Origin: Planctomycetaceae bacterium
GTDB lineage: Bacteria; Planctomycetota; Planctomycetia; Planctomycetales; Planctomycetaceae
NCBI GenBank assembly: GCA_002724415.1
Contig: PBOU01000106.1
Coordinates: forward strand, 14,824 to 78,823
Length of the DNA stretch: 64,000 nt
Reading direction: 5' to 3'
The position numbers and the translations under genes were made by a program. Every line of letters begins with the position of its first letter. Within the stretch, counting starts at the first letter, position 1. The notes beneath the pieces were generated by a model. That model was not told the origin of the DNA. It did no database searches and saw nothing but the letters and a program-made list of their open reading frames with translations. Below are positions 58,140 through 64,000 of this stretch, in pieces.

Positions 58140-59486
58140 ATGCCACGCCGCGGCAGCGCGATCCGGGGTCTGGTGGAGTTGATCGCCTGCACGGCCATTT
58201 CGGTGTCGCTGTTGAAAGGGTTCCTCGTTGAGGGTTTCCTGATCTCGACCGGGTCGATGGCCCCCCACCTGCTCGGATTCCACAAGCAAGTCGTTTGCCC
58301 GGGCTGTGGTTTCCAGTTCGCCCGCGGCACCGATATCGACGGTCCCGCAACACGGCCCCGGGTGGCCACCTGTGTCAATTGCGGACACACCGGTATCGAC
58401 GTCTCCACCGTGCCACGTAACGAGGGCGACCAGTTGCTGGTGCACAAGTTGCCCTGGCTCTTCTCGGATGTCGGCCGCTGGGAACCCATGGTGTTCCGAC
58501 GACCCGACCAGGCCACCACCGCCTTTGTCAAACGGGTGGTTGGCCTGCCCGGCGAATCGATCCAGATCATCGGCGGCAACATCTACGCCAATGGTCGACT
58601 CTGCCGCAAGACACTCAAGCAACAACGCGGGTTGGCCATCGCAGTCTACGACGACCGGTACCGACCACGCAGCGGCCCCAGGCGGTGGACGCCCGGACCG
58701 GGATGGTCCGAGCAGGCCGGGGGCTTTCAGTTTGCGGCCATGGCCGACTCGACCAGTTGGTTGACCTATCACCATCACGACATCAAGACCAGCGGCGCGA
58801 TCCGTGACCGCTACGGTTACAACCCGCGGGAACCAAGATCGAGAACCCGCACGGTTGGCGAGGTGCTGGTGACATTCGAGACACTCTCCAGCGGGACCCC
58901 GGCCCGCCTGACCATCGCACTGGACGACGGCCAACACCGTGTGGCCTGGTCCCGGGATCCTGCGAACCGTACGCAGTGGCTCGAGATCAATGGGCGGCGA
59001 CTGAAATCCACCTCACTGGAAAGCGTTGAACCGGGCACTCGCCGGAAATTCGAGTTCTCCACCATCGACCGGACGTTGCGAGCCGCGATTGACGGACGAC
59101 TGGTGCTCCCCCCGGTCGCACTCTCGGACACACCACCTCGCGACGAATCGGTTTCCGGGAGCCTGTTGAAACTGGGTGCCGCGGCCGGGGATCTCGTCAT
59201 TCACAACGTTCGCATCGACCGCGACGTGTACTACCGCGGCACCAGGGGCCAACACGCCATCACCTCGGCCTGGCAACTTGGCTTGGACGAGTTTTTCATG
59301 CTCGGAGACAACAGCCCGGTCTCACTGGACAGCCGGTCGTGGCATCAGCCCGCCGTACCACGAAGACTGGTGATCGGACGGCCCCTGCTGGTGCACCTGC
59401 CCTCCACGCAGTGGCAGGTCCCGTTCAACGACAAGCCCCGACACATCCGCATTCCCGACCTCGGACGCATCCGGTATATTCGCTGA
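58140..59486 (+). CDS. lepB: Signal peptidase I, long form with 4-Cys Zn ribbon (paralogue 1)
   Basis: Box B STGSMAPHL, GDQLLVHK, box D VKRVVGLPGESIQI and box E GDNSPVSLDSRSW. The ATG follows directly after the lepA TAG. Confidence 0.85.
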   Translation: MPRRGSAIRGLVELIACTAISVSLLKGFLVEGFLISTGSMAPHLLGFHKQVVCPGCGFQFARGTDIDGPATRPRVATCVNCGHTGIDVSTVPRNEGDQLLVHKLPWLFSDVGRWEPMVFRRPDQATTAFVKRVVGLPGESIQIIGGNIYANGRLCRKTLKQQRGLAIAVYDDRYRPRSGPRRWTPGPGWSEQAGGFQFAAMADSTSWLTYHHHDIKTSGAIRDRYGYNPREPRSRTRTVGEVLVTFETLSSGTPARLTIALDDGQHRVAWSRDPANRTQWLEINGRRLKSTSLESVEPGTRRKFEFSTIDRTLRAAIDGRLVLPPVALSDTPPRDESVSGSLLKLGAAAGDLVIHNVRIDRDVYYRGTRGQHAITSAWQLGLDEFFMLGDNSPVSLDSRSWHQPAVPRRLVIGRPLLVHLPSTQWQVPFNDKPRHIRIPDLGRIRYIR

Positions 59487-59547
59487 TTGCGACAGGCTTC
59501 CGCACAGTTGTTTTTTGCTTCGAAACAGCCTCCGCATACCGTCACCG

Positions 59548-61428
59548 ATGACTCAATCCGACACACCACCGAAGATGCAAACCCCGATCACGGGTAGCGC
59601 CTCGGACCTGTTGACCGGGAACGAGCCGGAACGCCGCGGTGGGTGGCGCGAGACGATCGAGTCTTTTGCGATCGCCTTCATCCTGGCTTTTGTCTTCAAG
59701 ACCTTCGAGGCCGAGGCTTTCGTGATTCCCACCGGGTCGATGGCCCCGACACTTTATGGCCGGCACAAGGACATTGATTGCGAGGCCTGTGGACACAATT
59801 ACGCGGTGGGAGCCAGCGAGGAATTGCAAAACGACTGGTACGAACCCACTTCCCGTATCACGTCGTCGTACTGCCCCAACTGTCGAAACGAGAACGACAT
59901 CAAGGATCTGCCAGTCTTCAAGGGCGACCGGATCCTGGTCAACAAGTTCCCCTTTGAGTTCGGACAACCAAAACGCTGGGATGTGACGGTCTTCAAGTTC
60001 CCCGAACAACCCAACGTCAATTACATCAAGCGGATGGTCGGATTGCCGAACGAAACAATCGTGATCCGGCAGGGAAACCTCTACCTGGTGAACCCCGATG
60101 GGGGACGGCAAATCCTGAGAAAAGCCGATCCACTCAAACAGGACACGCTGCAATTGCCGGTCTTTGACAACGACCACCCCGAGACCAGGTTGCACGCACT
60201 GGGATGGCCCAGCCGCTGGGCGGCCGTCGACAAGGACTCCGACGATCCCCACGCCGTGGCCGGCTGGATCGAATCGAAGACCGGAGCCAAAACCGGATGG
60301 AAAGTCTCTGATGATTCCCGGTCGTTCTCACTCGCCACCTCCAACCAATTGAAGTGGCTGCGGTACCGTCACTTTGTTCCCACGCCCGAGCGTTGGAAGG
60401 ACAACGAGCCACTCGATTTCCGGCCGCGTCCGCAATTGATCACCGACTTCTGCGGTTACAACACCTACGAAGGTGGACACATGCCTGGCAGAGACCAGGA
60501 CTGTTACTGGGTCGGCGACCTGACATTCGGATGCGAGATCACTGTTGGTGAGGTTCAAGCGACGGGGCGACTGCTGCTGGAACTGGTCGAAGGTCGCCGC
60601 CGATTTCGGGCGGATTTTGACCTGGCTGCTGGAACCGTTCGAGTGACCTCGAAAATCGACCTGAATCGGACCGAGGACGAGGACGAGGAACTCGGACGAT
60701 CCGAGGGAATACAGCTCAAAAACGGACGGCACACACTTCGGTTTGCCAACGTTGACGATCGACTCTGCATCTGGATCGACGGCCAGTTGATCGACCTGGG
60801 ACCGCGGGCTTCCTACCGGCAGGATCCCACCGATTTTCCAGGCCCCGGTTACGGTGACCTTTCTCCGGTTGGCATCGCCGCCCGGGGAGCCCAGGTGACA
60901 GTCTCGCACCTCGCGATTTTTCGCGATATCTACTACCGCAGTGAGATGGTTCGCGATGCCAATACACGGGCGGAGAACCCAAGCTCTCGCGCCGAAAGCT
61001 CGGACGAAACCGGGCTGATCGACGCCCTGTCGAACCCTGGCAGCTGGCACGAACTCTACAGCAGTTCGGCCTCCGAGGCGGTGTTTGAACTCGGTCCGGA
61101 CGAATTCCTGATGCTGGGTGACAACTCGCCCAAGAGCAAGGACGGACGGCTGTGGGGAAACGCGCGTGGAGCCGCCAGGCGACACGCGGTGCCGCGGTCG
61201 GCTCTGGTCGGAAAGGCCTTCTACATCTACTGGCCGCACGGCCAGCCATTCCTCAACAACGGCCATGGCTATCCCGACGACAAGGATTCTCTGATGAGAC
61301 GCCTGCCCATTTTCAACCGCTGGTTCTACCACGCCACGATCGAAAACGATCAACCGACAATTTCCGACTACCCCCAGTTCCGGGTGCCGTTCTATCCACA
61401 GTTCCGACGCATGAAACGAATCCGGTAA
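59548..61428 (+). CDS. lepB: Signal peptidase I, long form with 4-Cys Zn ribbon (paralogue 2)
   Basis: PTGSMAPTL, GDRILVNK, IKRMVGLPNETIVI and LGDNSPKSKDGRLWG. ATG 59548. Confidence 0.85.
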   Translation: MTQSDTPPKMQTPITGSASDLLTGNEPERRGGWRETIESFAIAFILAFVFKTFEAEAFVIPTGSMAPTLYGRHKDIDCEACGHNYAVGASEELQNDWYEPTSRITSSYCPNCRNENDIKDLPVFKGDRILVNKFPFEFGQPKRWDVTVFKFPEQPNVNYIKRMVGLPNETIVIRQGNLYLVNPDGGRQILRKADPLKQDTLQLPVFDNDHPETRLHALGWPSRWAAVDKDSDDPHAVAGWIESKTGAKTGWKVSDDSRSFSLATSNQLKWLRYRHFVPTPERWKDNEPLDFRPRPQLITDFCGYNTYEGGHMPGRDQDCYWVGDLTFGCEITVGEVQATGRLLLELVEGRRRFRADFDLAAGTVRVTSKIDLNRTEDEDEELGRSEGIQLKNGRHTLRFANVDDRLCIWIDGQLIDLGPRASYRQDPTDFPGPGYGDLSPVGIAARGAQVTVSHLAIFRDIYYRSEMVRDANTRAENPSSRAESSDETGLIDALSNPGSWHELYSSSASEAVFELGPDEFLMLGDNSPKSKDGRLWGNARGAARRHAVPRSALVGKAFYIYWPHGQPFLNNGHGYPDDKDSLMRRLPIFNRWFYHATIENDQPTISDYPQFRVPFYPQFRRMKRIR

Positions 61429-61468
61429 CCGATCGTCGATCGGTCTCGGGTCAGGGAGGACCCAGGCG

Positions 61469-62209
61469 ATGCCACTTTTGGACTGTCAAGGGCTTGTCAA
61501 AGATTACCCCGGCAAGCGAGCCGTGGACGGCGTTGATTTTGTCGTCGAGCGAGGAGAAATCGTCGGCTTGCTGGGACCCAACGGGGCCGGCAAAACCACC
61601 TCTTTCCGGATGACCTGTGGACTGGTCGCCCCCACCAAGGGCCAGGTCTTTCTGGATGGCACCGATGTCACCAACTGGCCGTTGTACCGCCGCGCCCGGC
61701 ACGGACTGGGATACCTGCCTCAGGACGACAGTGTCTTCGGCAAGCTGACCGTCGCCCAGAACATCCAGGTCGTGCTGGAATTCCTCGGCGTGAAACGAGC
61801 CGAACGAAAACGGCGAATCGGAGAGCTGCTCTCACAGTTCGGTATCGAAAACCACCACTCCCAGATCGCCTCAACGCTCTCCGGCGGAGAACGACGACGC
61901 CTCGAAATCGCTCGATGCCTGGCCAGTCGGCCCAGCCTGATCCTGCTGGATGAACCCTTTGCCGGAATCGACCCCGTGACGATCAACAGCATCCAGGAGA
62001 TCATCGCGGGTCTCCGTGAACAGGGCATCTCGATCCTGCTGACCGACCATCGCGAGAAAGAGACGCTCGGGGTGACCGACCGGGCCTACGTCGTCTACCA
62101 GGGCAAGGTGCTCGTCAGTGGAACACCCGGAGAGGTGCTCGCCAACAAGCAAGCCCAGGACGTTTACTTCGGGCGGCAGGACAAGACCGGCGCGGCCCAG
62201 GCGGCGTGA
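61469..62209 (+). CDS. lptB: LPS export ABC transporter ATP-binding protein LptB
   Basis: GLLGPNGAGKTTSF, GYLPQDDSVFGKLTV, LSGGERRRLEIARCLA and LLDEPFAGIDP. Confidence 0.85.
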   Translation: MPLLDCQGLVKDYPGKRAVDGVDFVVERGEIVGLLGPNGAGKTTSFRMTCGLVAPTKGQVFLDGTDVTNWPLYRRARHGLGYLPQDDSVFGKLTVAQNIQVVLEFLGVKRAERKRRIGELLSQFGIENHHSQIASTLSGGERRRLEIARCLASRPSLILLDEPFAGIDPVTINSIQEIIAGLREQGISILLTDHREKETLGVTDRAYVVYQGKVLVSGTPGEVLANKQAQDVYFGRQDKTGAAQAA

Positions 62210-62236
62210 TCGTCGGCACCAGGGCCACCGGGACAA

Positions 62237-62419
62237 TCAAAGCCAGAAGGAGAGCGTGTCGAGCACGACAAAGACGATCCCCATGAAGATCATGATTGTC
62301 AGGAACATTCGCCCGGCACGCGTGAGAATTTTCGCGGGAAGTTCGTAACGACTGGCGCTGTAGACCAGGCTGATCACGATCGCCAGCGGCAACAGGTACC
62401 AGGTGCTATGTGCATCCAC
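62237..62419 (-). CDS. Small two-TM membrane protein (hypothetical)
   Basis: 60 aa with a GTG start, 20 nt downstream of the preceding co-directional gene. Two hydrophobic spans. Confidence 0.4.
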   Translation of the reverse strand: MDAHSTWYLLPLAIVISLVYSASRYELPAKILTRAGRMFLTIMIFMGIVFVVLDTLSFWL

Positions 62420-62439
62420 TGTCGTCTCTCCCCAAACTG

Positions 62440-63375
62440 CTATCGGTCGACCGAATCATCCTCGACCATTTCCTCCTCATCTCCATAACCGTACGCCGGC
62501 CCCTCAAGCGCATCCCAGATTGCCAACAGGTTCAGCAACCCGGCGATCCAGGTGATCACCTCCGCCAACGCGTAGCGGCGACCGAGACGGCCATGGATTT
62601 CTTCCAGCGCCTTGTCCTCCAACGGTGCCTGGAACCAGTCCACGAGACTTCTCTCGACAGTCCCTTCGATCTCGCCGATCCGTGTCCCCTCTTCGACGTC
62701 GCAGTGGACATAACGGAGAGAATTCGAGAACTGCCGAACCGGCATCGTGTCTTTCTCGCGGAGCATCGAGGGTGTGATCTCGCCGTGTGCAAACACGCGA
62801 GGACTGACGGTCGGTTGACCGGCAATCGCCAACTTGATCGGCTTGCCATCCTCGCTGTTGCCCTCGAAATTCCCCGTGAACGAGCCGTCTTCTTGCTGCC
62901 ACCTGATTCTCCCGGTGACGTTGATGATCGGTTCGTTGGGAAATTCGTCCCCGGCCTCCGGTGCAAACGAAGCGGGATCGGGCCTGTACCGGAACCGGCC
63001 AGTGAACGGCAGGTCCAGTTCGCTGTCGACATCGCTGCCCTTGATGGTATCAAGCCTCAATCGACGCTCGACGCCAAAACCATCCAGCGGCGGTGCCGTG
63101 TACCGCAGTGCCTGGAACCGCGCCGGCAGGGCCGGCAAACCAACGAGAACCTGTGCCAGGTAACCGAATGTCCGGTGCCCGCCCGGCTCCCATCTCCAGT
63201 ACACCACCTTCCATTCACCAAGTGTCATCCCCGTGAAAAACATCCCCAGGACGCACGAGAAGTAGATCACGGCCTTGAAGCGGCGGCGCTGGTAGGCATG
63301 TCCGAAGCCCGGGACCAGGAACGCCAATACCGCGGCCAGCCACTTGTTCTTCAGGTCAACCTTCGGTGTAGTCAT
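62440..63375 (-). CDS. Membrane protein of unknown function (DUF6677-like, tentative)
   Basis: ATG 63375. LAAVLAFLVPGFGHAYQRRRFKAVIYF TM hairpin, a central soluble domain and a C-terminal TM span. Confidence 0.55.
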   Translation of the reverse strand: MTTPKVDLKNKWLAAVLAFLVPGFGHAYQRRRFKAVIYFSCVLGMFFTGMTLGEWKVVYWRWEPGGHRTFGYLAQVLVGLPALPARFQALRYTAPPLDGFGVERRLRLDTIKGSDVDSELDLPFTGRFRYRPDPASFAPEAGDEFPNEPIINVTGRIRWQQEDGSFTGNFEGNSEDGKPIKLAIAGQPTVSPRVFAHGEITPSMLREKDTMPVRQFSNSLRYVHCDVEEGTRIGEIEGTVERSLVDWFQAPLEDKALEEIHGRLGRRYALAEVITWIAGLLNLLAIWDALEGPAYGYGDEEEMVEDDSVDR

Positions 63376-63508
63376 CAATCGTGGAACACCGCAACCTGGA
63401 AATTCACATCCCGCGGGAGCGGTTATTGTAGGTCGCTCCAGAAAACGCGACCAGCCTAACCCGTCTCTGGAGACCCGCCAGCCGGCCCAGGCTCAGTTCG
63501 ACCTGGCC

Positions 63509-64000
63509 TCAAAATGGCCAGATCCAGGGAACAAGCGCCACGATGACGATCCAGACAACCAGGCTCAGCAAGCCACCAAACCTCAAGTAATCCAGGAACC
63601 GGTACCCACCGGGCCCGTACACCATCAGGTTGGTCTGGTAGCCAATCGGGGAGGCCAGGCTCGCGGCCGCGGCCAATGCAACAGCGAGCACAAAAGGCAA
63701 ACCGCTGACTTGCACCACGTCGGCGGTTGCCGTCGCGATCGGGAACATGAGTACGGCCGCCGCCTTGGCCGTGATCACGTTGGTCAGCACCATGGTCAAG
63801 CCGGCCACCACCGCCAGCATGGCCTGGGGGTGCGCGACTATCGTCTCGCCGGCCAACGAAAACAGGGAATCACCCACCTCGAACAACACTGTCGCCACGC
63901 GTTGAGCCGCGTGGCTCACCCGCATCGCCTCGCCAATTCCCAGCCCCGCTCCAATCGCCAACACGACGCTTCCGTCAATCGCCCCACGGGCTTCCGATCC
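63509..64000 (-). CDS. SLC13/DASS-type anion permease, C-terminal part (5' end beyond the right window edge)
   Basis: The frame stays open to base 64000 (..GSEARGAIDGSVVLAIGAGLGIGEAM..). The C-terminus ASPIGYQTNLMVYGPGGYRFLDYLRFG is typical of the family. Confidence 0.65.
   Translation of the reverse strand, partial: GSEARGAIDGSVVLAIGAGLGIGEAMRVSHAAQRVATVLFEVGDSLFSLAGETIVAHPQAMLAVVAGLTMVLTNVITAKAAAVLMFPIATATADVVQVSGLPFVLAVALAAAASLASPIGYQTNLMVYGPGGYRFLDYLRFGGLLSLVVWIVIVALVPWIWPF

Overview
High-GC, gene-dense chromosomal segment with about 54 protein-coding genes and short intergenic gaps. Many gene pairs are joined by 4-nt ATGA/GTGA/TTGA start-stop overlaps. The gene content points to a Planctomycetota-like bacterium, though this is inference only: Cys-type sulfatase, FGE/SUMF1-domain protein, DUF2079 and YfhO-like giant membrane proteins, very long signal peptidases, LptB/LptE/BamD-like envelope genes, and small exported proteins with a YPYYTLRGPTDF-type motif.

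Most genes are housekeeping: hflX, ftsY, recO, hemB, an S1-like protein, mnmE-like, coaX, pntAA/AB/B, lgt, lepA, lepB x2 and lptB. By eye I found no rRNA, tRNA, CRISPR array, transposase or integrase. Many long ORFs in the supplied track are antisense shadow ORFs typical of GC-rich DNA and are not called.

Main observations:
1. A single 2315-codon ORF encodes two complete UvrA units in tandem plus an unassignable C-terminal module that is itself a two-fold repeat. A small Zn-ribbon/charged-tail ORF precedes it with a GTGA overlap.
2. The only large AT-rich intergenic island (8580-9073) lies upstream of hflX. It carries three hairpins with near-identical loops, a strong intrinsic terminator and a possible 14-codon uORF, so it is either a leader/attenuator or a small RNA.
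3. A radical-SAM enzyme that looks like the MJ0619 / tetraether-lipid-synthase family is coupled to lgt.
4. Two tandem giant signal peptidase I paralogues each have a 4-Cys Zn ribbon next to the catalytic Ser.
5. Also present are an orphan N6-adenine methyltransferase, a helically phased triple GATC repeat in front of lptE, and a C-terminally short MnmE-like GTPase.

All functional calls rest on motif recognition by eye. No database search was run.
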